From contig JAPPGX010000191.1 of the NCBI GenBank assembly GCA_028877265.1, positions 66,144 to 130,143 on the forward strand: a stretch of DNA of 64,000 nt, read 5' to 3'. Below, piece after piece: positions 51,223 through 61,045 of this stretch. Position numbers and translations under genes: made by a program. Position 1 is the first letter of the stretch; the number at the start of each line of letters is the position of its first letter. This DNA comes from Acidobacteriota bacterium. Lineage in GTDB: Bacteria; Acidobacteriota; Vicinamibacteria; Marinacidobacterales; Marinacidobacteraceae. Under the pieces are notes generated by a model, which was not told where the DNA came from, did no database searches, and was given only the letters and a program-made list of their open reading frames with translations.

Positions 51223-52011
51223 TTAACCGGGCTCTTCGACGAGGGACAACGTCAGCTCCGCGAACGGCTCCTCCCGCACACTCGCGGGCAGTTCCTGAAT
51301 GAGGCCGATCGGTTCATGGGGTGTGACATCGGCGTTCCGGGCGGTGAACGTCGCCCCGCTGTCGGTCCCCGAGTCGTAGCCGATCAGCTCCACCCCGATT
51401 CGTTCCATCCAGCATCCACCGGCTTCCATCAGGGGCATCCCGCTCACCCCGACGAACCAGTCGGGGCTGGGTGCGATCATCGAGACCAGAGTCATCAGCG
51501 GGTGTTCTGCCGTCGCCTCGAAGATCAGCCCGACCGATCCCGGCGACGGGAAGGAGGCCTCCGAGCCTCTCACGCAGGTGGTGCTCCCACCGCGATCCGC
51601 CTCCGCGTCGATTTCCCGGCAGAGCGAGGACACGCTGCCGGTCTCAGCCATGTTCTCGATGCCCGGAGTGGCAATGCCGCCGGAACTCCAGAACGAAACC
51701 TCCGGCGCGTGGGCTGCCCCGGCCACGCGGGAAAAGTGCGCTCCCGACGGGAAGGGCGGCTGGTTGCCGTGCGAGGACGCATTCCAGACGGCCCGGAACG
51801 TCACCGCGTAGGTCGCTGAATCCGGGCACTCGGGTTCGGGTTCCGGCATCGGCGTCGGAGCCGGCGAAGGCGGAGCCGGGGGCGCAGGCGCCGGGGGAGG
51901 CGTCGGCGCCGGCGTGGAAGGTGCATCGGACCCGCACGCCAGCGCGAACAGAGCGAGGACGAGACAGGCGAACGCGCCAAGGCGGGAAGTGCGCGTGACT
52001 GACGGGAGCAT
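51223..52011 (-). CDS. Spondin_N domain lipoprotein with a Pro/Ala-rich linker
   Basis: The ATG at 52011 gives MLPSVTRTSRLGAFACLVLALFALACG, which contains a lipobox. A linker PSTPAPTPPPAPAPPAPPSPAPTPMPEPEPE follows. Spondin_N blocks are 'YAVTFRAVWNASSH', 'AHFSRVAGAAH' and 'SMIAPSPDWFVGVSG'. Confidence 0.7.
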   Translation of the reverse strand: MLPSVTRTSRLGAFACLVLALFALACGSDAPSTPAPTPPPAPAPPAPPSPAPTPMPEPEPECPDSATYAVTFRAVWNASSHGNQPPFPSGAHFSRVAGAAHAPEVSFWSSGGIATPGIENMAETGSVSSLCREIDAEADRGGSTTCVRGSEASFPSPGSVGLIFEATAEHPLMTLVSMIAPSPDWFVGVSGMPLMEAGGCWMERIGVELIGYDSGTDSGATFTARNADVTPHEPIGLIQELPASVREEPFAELTLSLVEEPG

Positions 52012-52071
52012 CCCCCGCCACGGTAGCGCAGCGCCCGACGGATTCACCGAGCAGCCCCGTCCGCGCGCCGG

Positions 52072-54018
52072 TCAGCGGATCAGGAAGGGGAGTTCTCCGA
52101 CTGCCGAGCGATTGCGGCTGGCGTCGGTGACCCGGATCACCGCGGTGTATCTCCCGGCCCGGAGCGGCCCGGTCTGGAGCGGCAGCATGATGGGCGTCCC
52201 TTCCAGGCGACGCGGATCGAGATCGAAGCGTCCCGGCCGTTCGGCCTCGACGGCAACGTCGCCGATCGCGTTCCGGATCTCGTAGGCCACCCGCACCTGG
52301 GAGACCGGATCCTCGTTCCCCGGAAAGATGAAGAAGGCCACCCGGGCATCCTCCGCCTGCGCGAACGTGGCGACGGGCCTCACCGGCGGGCCGACCGCTT
52401 CCGGTGCGTGAGCCTCGGCGACGAAAGGAAAGACGCTCGAGAGCGAGAAGGTTTCTCCGAATCCGGTGGGGATGACCAACGCGGACGACCCCGCGTGCAC
52501 CCTTTCTCCTCCCCGCTCCACCACCAGCTCGAGCCGGTGTTCTCCGGATGGCAACTCCGCGGGCGTTGAAACCCAGAAACGCCGGATGTCCACCCGCCCG
52601 GCCGCCTCGCTCAGGACCGCCCCGCCGGGCCCCACCACGCGCAGCCGCACCTCGGCCGGCTCTTCCAGGTATGACTCCGGCAGTGCGGCGGCGAGCACCC
52701 CGAAGGCGCCGTGTGGACTGGGGTTCAGCAGGTATGCGTAGGTGTTCAGATCCTCCGGGAAGGCGTAGTCGTAGTCGCCGCGCGCGGCCGCTTCGACCAC
52801 GTCGCCGCGGCGCCGCGCGAAATAGCCCGGTCGGGCGATGACCCGCAGGTCGGGCCGATCCCGTACCCGGACCTCGATCTGCCGGTACTCGCCGTCCAGT
52901 TCCGTCTTCGTCGGTGAAAACGACAGGAGGTAGTAGAGCTGGTTCTGGATGCCGATTCGGTTCAGGGCGACGGCGAAGTTGGTCTGGTTCGGGAAGTAGG
53001 TGCCCCCGGTCGCCACCGCGAGGGAGGCGGTGCCGCCCTCCATCGGGACGTTGGCCGCCGCATCCATGCGCGTCAAGGGGTGGTCGTCCGGCTCGACCGG
53101 CAGGGGATTCCCCATCACGTCGAAGGCGTTCAGCGCAGGATTCAGGATGTTGTTTTCGAAGCCGTACACCCCCGCGAGATTCACCGCGTAGAGCGTCGCA
53201 TTGGCGTGGTTCAACTGGAGGATCGCATCCCGGAGCGAGTTCGTTTCGTCGAGGGCGCGCCGTCCCGGGAACTCATCCACCTCGGTTCCGGCGATCTCGC
53301 CGACGACCTGGCGTGGATCCGCAAAGGTCTGGAGGTCCATGGACAGGAACACCACGATCTTGCGGCCTTCCACCCTCTCGAGCGCTTCCGCGAGCGCGAA
53401 GAGCATGCGGAACGAGTCGCGGGCGTCGATTTCGGGACCGACGGGACTCTGGTAGGTGCCCGGCACGATCCGCCGCACGTTGGCCAGCGTCTGTTCCTTT
53501 CCGGAATAGAACTCCTGGAGAACCCGGACGGTGTGCGCGAACTCCAGGATCATGGTTTCGTCGCCGTCCACCATGTGCTGGGACACGAATTCCTCGAGGC
53601 CCCGCTTGGCGCGCCGCAGGTTCACGGGGTCGGCGCCGCGACGGTTGAAGACGATCACGAACCGGCGGGGCGACGCGTTGCCGGCGTCGTCCGCCTCGAG
53701 TTCCGGCGCCGGGGGCGGGACATCGTCCGGGACGGCCTCCCCGAGTTCGTAGCGTTCCCAGTCCACGACGTCGAGGCTCGCTACGCGCTGCTCCTCTCCG
53801 TCCTCGAACAGTTCGAAATCCCCGGGGCTCAGACCGGGAACGGGGTTCCCGTCGCCGTCGAGCACCAGTACGTCCACGATGACCCGGGTGGCGGCGGCCC
53901 GGAACCGGAAGGTCTGGCCGGCCGCCGCGGCGGCAGCAAGGACGGCCCCGAGGACGATCAGCCCGCAAGCGAGTCTCGTCCCTCGGAGGGTCTTCACCGA
54001 GTCGGGTTTCCGGAGCAT
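52072..54018 (-). CDS. VWA domain protein, TIGR03436 (Acidobacteria-type VWFA-related) family, with a long C-terminal extension
   Basis: The ATG at 54018 is followed by a signal. 'VIVDVLVLDGDGNPVPGLSPGDFELFEDGEEQRV' is the family's N-terminal Ig-like module. The VWA core includes 'FVIVFNRRG', 'KIVVFLSMD' and 'NATLYAVNL'. Confidence 0.75.
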   Translation of the reverse strand: MLRKPDSVKTLRGTRLACGLIVLGAVLAAAAAAGQTFRFRAAATRVIVDVLVLDGDGNPVPGLSPGDFELFEDGEEQRVASLDVVDWERYELGEAVPDDVPPPAPELEADDAGNASPRRFVIVFNRRGADPVNLRRAKRGLEEFVSQHMVDGDETMILEFAHTVRVLQEFYSGKEQTLANVRRIVPGTYQSPVGPEIDARDSFRMLFALAEALERVEGRKIVVFLSMDLQTFADPRQVVGEIAGTEVDEFPGRRALDETNSLRDAILQLNHANATLYAVNLAGVYGFENNILNPALNAFDVMGNPLPVEPDDHPLTRMDAAANVPMEGGTASLAVATGGTYFPNQTNFAVALNRIGIQNQLYYLLSFSPTKTELDGEYRQIEVRVRDRPDLRVIARPGYFARRRGDVVEAAARGDYDYAFPEDLNTYAYLLNPSPHGAFGVLAAALPESYLEEPAEVRLRVVGPGGAVLSEAAGRVDIRRFWVSTPAELPSGEHRLELVVERGGERVHAGSSALVIPTGFGETFSLSSVFPFVAEAHAPEAVGPPVRPVATFAQAEDARVAFFIFPGNEDPVSQVRVAYEIRNAIGDVAVEAERPGRFDLDPRRLEGTPIMLPLQTGPLRAGRYTAVIRVTDASRNRSAVGELPFLIR

Positions 54019-54386
54019 GGACAGTCTGCCCGCGGCCCTATTCCGGGGCGGAGCTCGGCGCCGGCAGCACGGTGCAGCCGCTGCATCCCGGGACCCGGAC
54101 CTGCAGGACTCCGGATTCTCTCTCGCCGGCCTCCGTTTCTCCAACACGCCGCACGAACGTCAGGCGGTACCAGACCCGGTGGCGGGCTTCGATGCAGTCG
54201 AGCGGCCGCCGGAACCCGGTGGCGCGGGCGAAGTAGAGCCCGCCGGTTGCAGCCGCCAAGCCGGAAAGGATGTCGTCCTCCCTGCGGGGCGAGACGGTTC
54301 GGACACGGCTTTCATGGGAGGTGGAGGAAAAGGCCCGGAACGGGTTCGACTCGTCGCGTTCGGCCGTCAGGATGCGCTACTCGTGG

Positions 54387-55559
54387 TCAGTTGGGGACCA
54401 CGTGACCCGGGCGGACGACCACCCGCAGACCGGGAATCTTGCGCACCCGGACTTCGTGGGCTTGATAGCGGCCGGGGACGTTGCTGCCGAAGGGCTCGAA
54501 GCTGAGTTCGTACCAGAGCCGGTTCGAGTACTCGATGTCCTCCAGGATTCGGGCGAAATCGGTCGCCCTGGCGGTGTAAGTTCCGCCGGTGTCGGAAGCG
54601 AGGGAAGAGAGGAAATCATCGCCAGGCCGATCGAAAGCGTTCATTCTCCGGCCGGACAGCGAAGCGGATGAGTTTCGCACTCGGCGTGCTGTTATCCCGC
54701 GGCCATCCCCATAGTCCCTCATCGGACCGGAGTACTCGTCCCGATTGGACACGAGAATGCCTTCCTCCTGGCGCCGCGCCCCTTCGAGATGGATCGTGTA
54801 GAGGGAGGCGTTCGCCGCGCTGAAGACGTGAGCGAGCATGCTTGGAGCGTCATCCGAGCCTGCCTTGGACGAGGGAAAGTCCGCCCAGCCCCAGGGCGCT
54901 ACCGGTTCGAGATCGCCTCCCGGAGTTCCGACAAAGGTGCTGAGGCTCCCTGAGAAGACCACGACCACTTTCCTGCCCGGAAGCTCGCGGAGGCGCTCGG
55001 CGAGCGCGGAGAACATGAAAACAGCGTCTGCGGTGTCCTCGGCGGGCCCGAGGGCACTCCGGAAACCCATCGCGGGGATGTTCTCCACCTCGGGAAGCAG
55101 GTCGCCGGGCCCCCGCCGCCAACCACGGGTGATTCGCGGCGCCGCGGCGAAATCGATGACGAGCGCTTGGTCCCGACTGCGGAAGCGTGTCGATACGAAC
55201 TCGGCCAGTCCATCCTTCACGCGCCGGAGTTGGGCCGGCAGGGCGCCACGCCGGTTGACGACGAAGACGAAACGGCGGGGGCCCACGTCGGCCTCGACCA
55301 TCCTGGCGTCGGAGACCGGACGGACCCGCTCTCCGATGATGACCTCGAAGTCCCCGCGGTTCAGTCCGCGCACCGGGTTCCCATCCTGGTCGAGCACCAG
55401 CGCGTCCACCATGACCCGCGCCTCTTCAGGGGGCGGGACGGCGAGGGCGGACGACGCCGCGAGCAGAACCGCGACCAGCGCGCCCGGGGCGACACGGGAT
55501 CGTCGCGAGCCGCCCGCCCGCGAGCCGGTATTGGCAAGTACCACCTGTTTCTTCGGCAT
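54387..55559 (-). CDS. VWA domain protein, TIGR03436 family (shorter paralog)
   Basis: The start is the ATG at 55559 (MPKKQVVL...). Blocks are 'VMVDALVLDQDGNPVRGLNRGDFEVIIGERV', 'FVFVVNRRG', 'KVVVVFSGS' and 'NASLYTIHL', with the C-terminal 'VRVRKIPGLRVVVRPGHV' as in its neighbour. Confidence 0.75.
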   Translation of the reverse strand: MPKKQVVLANTGSRAGGSRRSRVAPGALVAVLLAASSALAVPPPEEARVMVDALVLDQDGNPVRGLNRGDFEVIIGERVRPVSDARMVEADVGPRRFVFVVNRRGALPAQLRRVKDGLAEFVSTRFRSRDQALVIDFAAAPRITRGWRRGPGDLLPEVENIPAMGFRSALGPAEDTADAVFMFSALAERLRELPGRKVVVVFSGSLSTFVGTPGGDLEPVAPWGWADFPSSKAGSDDAPSMLAHVFSAANASLYTIHLEGARRQEEGILVSNRDEYSGPMRDYGDGRGITARRVRNSSASLSGRRMNAFDRPGDDFLSSLASDTGGTYTARATDFARILEDIEYSNRLWYELSFEPFGSNVPGRYQAHEVRVRKIPGLRVVVRPGHVVPN

Positions 55560-55949
55560 GGGAGCGACCTCCGTCCGGATCACGACGCGAAGAACATGTC
55601 CGGACCCGCAGATCCGGGCGTAACGGGATGTCACGTCCTTGCAATTTCGTTGCCACGAGCGCCGGCCTGGAGCGCCGGACTCTGGCCGGCATCGCGGCGA
55701 CAGGCCGCGAAACGCACCCCGCCACGGACCCGTGTGACGCGAGCCTCGGAGCGCCAGCCTCCGGCTGGCATCGCCGACCGCAGGGAGGCGAAACAAGCGC
55801 CGCCACCGATCCAGGTGGCGTGAGCCCGACCGCACGCGGCGCACCGCCGCCCGAGAGAAGCCGAGCGGCGCCCATCAGGCTGAACGCAGCGCCGCGAGCA
55901 CTGGTTTCGCGCTCCCGCGCGATGCCGGCCGGAGGCCGGCGCTCCGAGC

Positions 55950-58304
55950 TCAGATCCTGAACAAATAGTTCAGCTTGACCGAGAGGCTGCGGTTCCGCAC
56001 GAAGAACATGTCGGACCACTCGTCGACTTCCGTGTAGACGAGGAAGAAGTCGGTGCCCGGTTTCGGGATCCAGTTGAAGCGGACGTTCGAGGCCAGATCG
56101 CCCGTCGTGTTGTTGTACTGGAAGAGGCCGAGGAGGATCAGGTCGTTGCGGAGGGCGAGCTGCATCCGGGTGGAAACGAGATGGGTGTCGAGGTCCCCGC
56201 GCGGCAGCCGGATCCGGTTGTAGGCGTAGTTGCCGCGCAGCCCGAAGTTCTTGTTGATCCGGTAGTTGCCCCCGAGCCGCCAGAGGTCCCGCGTGCCGCC
56301 CCAGAAACCGCCGAACTCGTAGCTCGCGCGGACCGATGCGTAGCGGCGCCGGTAGGTGTTGAGCGAGAACTGCATCCTTCGGAACGGGTATTCCCCGGCA
56401 GGGACGACCACGTCGCTGATCGAGTAGTCGTAGGTGGTGAACTCGTACTGGTCGGTCACTTCTACCGAGATTTCGTCGCCGCTCTCGAAGGTGGCGCGGC
56501 TGGTCAGGCTGGCGCGCCGCGTTTCCAGGACGTTCTCGAGGTTCAGGGTGTTGTTCAGGCTCGCCTGCAGGTGGACCTGCCGGAGCCGCGGGACCTCGGG
56601 ACGGGGCGAGACTCGCGCCTGAAGGTACGTCTTGCGCATCCCCTTCCGCTGCACGAAGCCGATTCCGGGGTCGAAGTTCTCTCCGATCTCGATGAACTTG
56701 ACCGTGCCTCCCAGCAGGTCGTCGTTGTAGTCCAGCCGACCGGTGGCGAGCCCCGTGCTGCTCTGCCCGGTCTCCTCGAACACCTGCGCCCAGATGCCCT
56801 CGAAGCTCCACGCATCGCGAAAATGGAGGCTCGTGTCCAGCCCGGCCACCCGGTTGAAGGCGCCGTCGCTGCTCCGGTCGGTGAAGACCGCGCCGATCGT
56901 GGAGCGGGAGAAGATGTCCCGCCGCACCCTGGCGACGGTGAAACGCTCGGCGACGGAGTTCTCGGTGGCGCCGGTCGACATTCCCATCAGACCCACGGTG
57001 TAGGCGCCCTGGCGTCCGGAGAGCCGGGCGCCGCCCGTGATCGGGACTGCGTGGCCGTCGTCGGAGAGCCCGATCCGCCGGGTGAACACGATGTCGGCGT
57101 CACGCCGCTCGCTGAAGGTGAAGTTGCGCTGGCCCTCGAGGAAGATCTGCCGTTTCTCGGGAAAACGAAGCGAGAACCGGGTGAAGTTGATCTGGAGGTC
57201 GTCCACCTCCTCCTGGGCGAAGTCGGTGTTCCAGGTGAAGTCCGCGGTGAGGCCGGGAGTCACGCCCCACTTGAGGTCGAGTCCGCCGTCGCTGCGCCCC
57301 CGGTCGCCGGTCCACTCCCCGCCTCCGTTCACCTGGCCGAGCGCGTAAGGCCGGATCTCCACGTGGCGGCCGGGCTGGATTCCTTCGATTCCCCGGAGCT
57401 TGCCGAGTTCGGCCGGCCGGTACCAGGTGGAGTCGTTGGGGACGAAGGGCCAGTAGACCTCCTCGGTCTTCACGGGGATGTTCCGCTTGAAGCCGACTCC
57501 GAACACCACCTCCTGGCCCGGCAGGTGGCGCCGGAAGCGGAGGGACTTGAACGGGATCCGGATTTCGGCTGTCCAGCCGCCGGGGATCGTCTGCCCGCGC
57601 GACTCCCAGACCGCGTCCCAGTTCATGTTGCGGGTCTCCGGCCCCTGGCCGTTCTGGCTCATGTCGAACAGGATGCCGTTCGCGTTGGTCGCCAGGAAGA
57701 TGGCGCTGCGCTGGTCGTTGTAGGCGTCCAGCATGACGGCCACCGCGTCGTCGCTCCCGATGTTCTCGTCGCGGAACATCGTGCGCGGACGGCTGTCCTC
57801 GGCGGAGCGCCGCGCGTGCGCCGTCTCGTGCCCCTCGTCCATGTTCTCGCCGACCGTGCAATAGAACCCGAAGTAGAGGTTCTCGTCGTCGTAGGCGACG
57901 CGCACGATGGTCCGTTCCGTGGAGGGCAGCCCCTCGTCGGTTTCCTGTTCGTAGAAGTCGCCGATCGGACGGGCGCGTTCCCAGACCGCCTCGTCCAGCC
58001 AGCCGTCCATCTCGATGGGTTCCCGGACCCGTTCGGCGTGGATCTCCCACGTCCGGGCTCTGAGGGCCCGGACCCGTTCCTCCCGGGTCATGCGGCGGAG
58101 TTCCGCGCCGCTCGGCGACGTTGCCGGAGGCGCCGGCAGACTGGCGGCGACGGACGAACGGCCAGAGGCGGTACTGCCCTGCAGCCGGTCGCCCTGCGGG
58201 TCGTCCCTGTCCTGGCCGGCGCCGGCCGCAGCCAGTCCGAGCGCCACGATTGCCGACGCGCCAGCACGCCGGGTGCGCACCGTTACCGGTCCTTCGTGGG
58301 ACAC
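55950..58304 (-). CDS. DUF5916 / CBM9-domain outer-membrane-like protein
   Basis: 'IEMDGWLDEAVWERARPIGDFYEQETDEGLPSTERTIVRVAYDDENLYFGF' is a CBM9-like N terminus. The long C-terminal beta-rich region ends in the aromatic 'KLNYLFRI'. The start at 58304 is GTG. Confidence 0.7.
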   Translation of the reverse strand: MSHEGPVTVRTRRAGASAIVALGLAAAGAGQDRDDPQGDRLQGSTASGRSSVAASLPAPPATSPSGAELRRMTREERVRALRARTWEIHAERVREPIEMDGWLDEAVWERARPIGDFYEQETDEGLPSTERTIVRVAYDDENLYFGFYCTVGENMDEGHETAHARRSAEDSRPRTMFRDENIGSDDAVAVMLDAYNDQRSAIFLATNANGILFDMSQNGQGPETRNMNWDAVWESRGQTIPGGWTAEIRIPFKSLRFRRHLPGQEVVFGVGFKRNIPVKTEEVYWPFVPNDSTWYRPAELGKLRGIEGIQPGRHVEIRPYALGQVNGGGEWTGDRGRSDGGLDLKWGVTPGLTADFTWNTDFAQEEVDDLQINFTRFSLRFPEKRQIFLEGQRNFTFSERRDADIVFTRRIGLSDDGHAVPITGGARLSGRQGAYTVGLMGMSTGATENSVAERFTVARVRRDIFSRSTIGAVFTDRSSDGAFNRVAGLDTSLHFRDAWSFEGIWAQVFEETGQSSTGLATGRLDYNDDLLGGTVKFIEIGENFDPGIGFVQRKGMRKTYLQARVSPRPEVPRLRQVHLQASLNNTLNLENVLETRRASLTSRATFESGDEISVEVTDQYEFTTYDYSISDVVVPAGEYPFRRMQFSLNTYRRRYASVRASYEFGGFWGGTRDLWRLGGNYRINKNFGLRGNYAYNRIRLPRGDLDTHLVSTRMQLALRNDLILLGLFQYNNTTGDLASNVRFNWIPKPGTDFFLVYTEVDEWSDMFFVRNRSLSVKLNYLFRI

Positions 58305-58308
58305 CGCA

Positions 58309-59307
58309 CTAGTTGTCGGGCCCGGCGCTCACGTTCCCGGCGCTGCTCGCGAACCGGGTGGCGATCTCGGCGAGCCAGGGCTCGATGGCGCGGTAGAGGG
58401 TGTTGCGGCAGTGGAAGCGGTACAGGTAGGTCTTGCCGTCCACCAGGTTGTAGATCACCCACTCCAGATAGTCGGCGAGCTGGGTTTCCACCGAGTAGAG
58501 CACCGCGATCCCGCGGCCGTCGTCGAGGATGTCGTGGCGGAGCATCCGGTAGTTCTCGCCGAGGCTCTCGGCGGCCGCGCTGTAGAAGCCCTCGAGCGTC
58601 GTCCCGGGTTCCGCGTTGGCGACGGTGACCTCGAGGGTCGCGTGCACCGTGGTGCCGTCGGTATCCACCGCGAGCGGTCCGCTCCGGAAGCCGACGAAGA
58701 GCGTTTCGCCGGGTTCGCGGAGAAAGTGGGAGCGCGTCCAGCTCTGCGGGTACCCCAGGGCGAGATCGAACTCCGGATCCTCGTATACGTCGAAATAGTC
58801 GGCGGACTCGATGGAAAAGCCCTCGTACATGCGGTCAAGAGTCGGCCCGTAGGCCTGGACGCTCCGCGCCTCGCCGGTGGCGAAGACTCCGTAGAGGAGT
58901 CCTTCCCGCTCGATGAGGAGCAGTCGCCCGGATTGCGGCCGCCGTTCCCACTCGAAGGTCCAGAGAAAGCCCTCCTCCGAACCGATCCGCACCGGCTCCT
59001 CCGAGAGCACGATCTGTTCGCCGATGTAGAACCGGTCCGCGACCTCCCGGAGCGTCTGGTCCGCCGGGGCCGGACCGGCCATGACCTGCACCTGGATTCC
59101 GTCCCGCTCCGGGACGTCCACCGAAGGACCGCTGAAGGTGGTCATCCGGTAGCCGCCCTGCTGGTTGGCGGCCGAGGTCCATCCCTGCGGAAGGGGCAGG
59201 GACACGGCGATGTCGGGCACGTACACGGTGATGAGGCGCGGCTGGCCGGTTGGCAGGCAGGAGAGCGAAAGGGTCGTCCCGAGCGCCAGGACCAGGAAAC
59301 CGGCCAT
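58309..59307 (-). CDS. Hypothetical lipoprotein
   Basis: The ATG at 59307 gives MAGFLVLALGTTLSLSC, which contains a lipobox, and GAGGGGG lies upstream. The ORF track allows a start at 59364. The gene ends 4 nt before the DUF5916 start. No family was recognised. Confidence 0.55.
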   Translation of the reverse strand: MAGFLVLALGTTLSLSCLPTGQPRLITVYVPDIAVSLPLPQGWTSAANQQGGYRMTTFSGPSVDVPERDGIQVQVMAGPAPADQTLREVADRFYIGEQIVLSEEPVRIGSEEGFLWTFEWERRPQSGRLLLIEREGLLYGVFATGEARSVQAYGPTLDRMYEGFSIESADYFDVYEDPEFDLALGYPQSWTRSHFLREPGETLFVGFRSGPLAVDTDGTTVHATLEVTVANAEPGTTLEGFYSAAAESLGENYRMLRHDILDDGRGIAVLYSVETQLADYLEWVIYNLVDGKTYLYRFHCRNTLYRAIEPWLAEIATRFASSAGNVSAGPDN

Positions 59308-59577
59308 CCCCCTCACGCCGGGGAAACCGGTTCGCGAAAGGCCGGTGCCGAGTGTGGTCATCACCGACCACCTGTGGCGAGTGCATCACGCCATCCATTC
59401 GCGGCGCAAGGCGCCGCGGGGGAGGGGTTTCCCCTCCCCGCGAAAAAGGATGGCGCGGATCGCGGAGCGAACCGCGCCATCACCCGTGGGAGGGGCGCCC
59501 CGCGCCTGAAACCCTCCGGCGGATGCGGCGTGTGCATCACGTCGAGTGTCACGCGGGGTGCTCTTTTCACGGGTGGC

Positions 59578-61038
59578 TTATTCCAACCGGTAGTTCGGCG
59601 CTTCCTTGGTCACCACGATGTCGTGCGCGTGGCTCTCCCGGTGCCCGGCGCCGGTCACCTGGACGAAATCCTCGTACTCCATCAACTCCCGAATGTTGCG
59701 GCAGCCGGTGTAGCCCATGCCGGAGCGCAGGCCCCCGATGAGCTGTTCCACGACTCCGGCGAGCGGTCCCTTGGTCGGCACCCGGCCCTCGATGCCCTCC
59801 GGCACCAGCTTCGAGGCCGGCCGGCCGGCCTGGTAGTAGCGGTCGGCCGACTCGCCGCTCATGGCGCCGAGCGACCCCATCCCGCGATAGCTCTTGAAGG
59901 TGCGTCCCTGGTAGAGGATCGTCTCGCCGGGGCTCTCGTCGCTGCCGGCGAGCAGGTTGCCGGCCATGACGCATTCCGCCCCGGCGGCGATCGCCTTCAC
60001 GATGTCCCCGCTGAAGCGGATCCCACCGTCGGCGATGACCGGCACTTCGGCGGCCGTGCGCACCTGCCGGATAGCCGAGAACTGAGGCATTCCGGTCCCC
60101 GCCACCACCCGCGTGGTGCAGATCGAGCCGGGGCCCATGCCGACCTTCACCCCATCGGCGCCGGCTTCCTTGAGGTCGCGCGCCGCTTCGGGGGTGGCGA
60201 TGTTCCCGGCCACCACGTCCACCGTATCGGGAAGCGCCGCCTTGAGCCGCCGCACCGTTTCGAGTCCGCTTTCGGTGTGGCCGTGGGCGGTGTCCATCAC
60301 GATCGCGTCCACCTGGCGCTCGGCCAGCAGCTCGGCGCGGGCGATCGCGCCATCCCCGACCCCCACGGCGGCGGCGCAGCGGAGCCTGCCCAGCTCGTCC
60401 TTGGTGGCGTTGGGATAGGCCATCGCCTTCTGGATGTCCTTGACGGTCAGGAGCCCGGCCAGCGCCCCCCGGTCGTCCAGCACCGGCAGCTTCTCCACCC
60501 GGTGCTCGTGGAGAATGGCCTTGGCCTCTTCGAGCGTGGTCCCGAGCGGTGCCGTGTGGAGCGGCGCCCGGGTCATGAGTTCGCGGACCCGGAGGTCGTA
60601 GCGGGATTCGAAACGCAGATCCCGGCTGGTCAGGATGCCCACCAGCCGGCCGTCCTCGATCACGGGGAGCCCGGAGATGCCGTGCCGCTGCATCAGCTCG
60701 AGAGCGGCCGCGATGGGGGCGTCGGGAGGGACCGTCACCGGATCCACGACCATGCCGCTCTCCGAGCGCTTCACCTTGGCCACCTCGGCGGCCTGCGCCT
60801 CGGCCGAGAGGTTGCGGTGGATGACCCCGATGCCTCCGAGCTGGGCGATGGCGATCGCGAGGCGGGCTTCCGTGACCGTGTCCATCGCGGCGCTCACCAG
60901 GGGGATCGCGAGGCCGATGTGGCGGCTGAACCGGGTGCCGAGGTCCGCTTCGGCCGGGAGCACGTCCGAATAGCGCGGACGCAGCAGGACGTCGTCGAAG
61001 GTCAGGGCCGGGCGCGGCAGGTTGGGCAGCTCGGTCAT
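59578..61038 (-). CDS. guaB: Inosine-5'-monophosphate dehydrogenase
   Basis: Blocks are '[17 protein letters not shown]', tandem CBS domains, the catalytic loop '[23 protein letters not shown]', and 'GMGSLGAM'. Confidence 0.95.
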   Translation of the reverse strand: MTELPNLPRPALTFDDVLLRPRYSDVLPAEADLGTRFSRHIGLAIPLVSAAMDTVTEARLAIAIAQLGGIGVIHRNLSAEAQAAEVAKVKRSESGMVVDPVTVPPDAPIAAALELMQRHGISGLPVIEDGRLVGILTSRDLRFESRYDLRVRELMTRAPLHTAPLGTTLEEAKAILHEHRVEKLPVLDDRGALAGLLTVKDIQKAMAYPNATKDELGRLRCAAAVGVGDGAIARAELLAERQVDAIVMDTAHGHTESGLETVRRLKAALPDTVDVVAGNIATPEAARDLKEAGADGVKVGMGPGSICTTRVVAGTGMPQFSAIRQVRTAAEVPVIADGGIRFSGDIVKAIAAGAECVMAGNLLAGSDESPGETILYQGRTFKSYRGMGSLGAMSGESADRYYQAGRPASKLVPEGIEGRVPTKGPLAGVVEQLIGGLRSGMGYTGCRNIRELMEYEDFVQVTGAGHRESHAHDIVVTKEAPNYRLE

Positions 61039-61045
61039 TGGGGTC

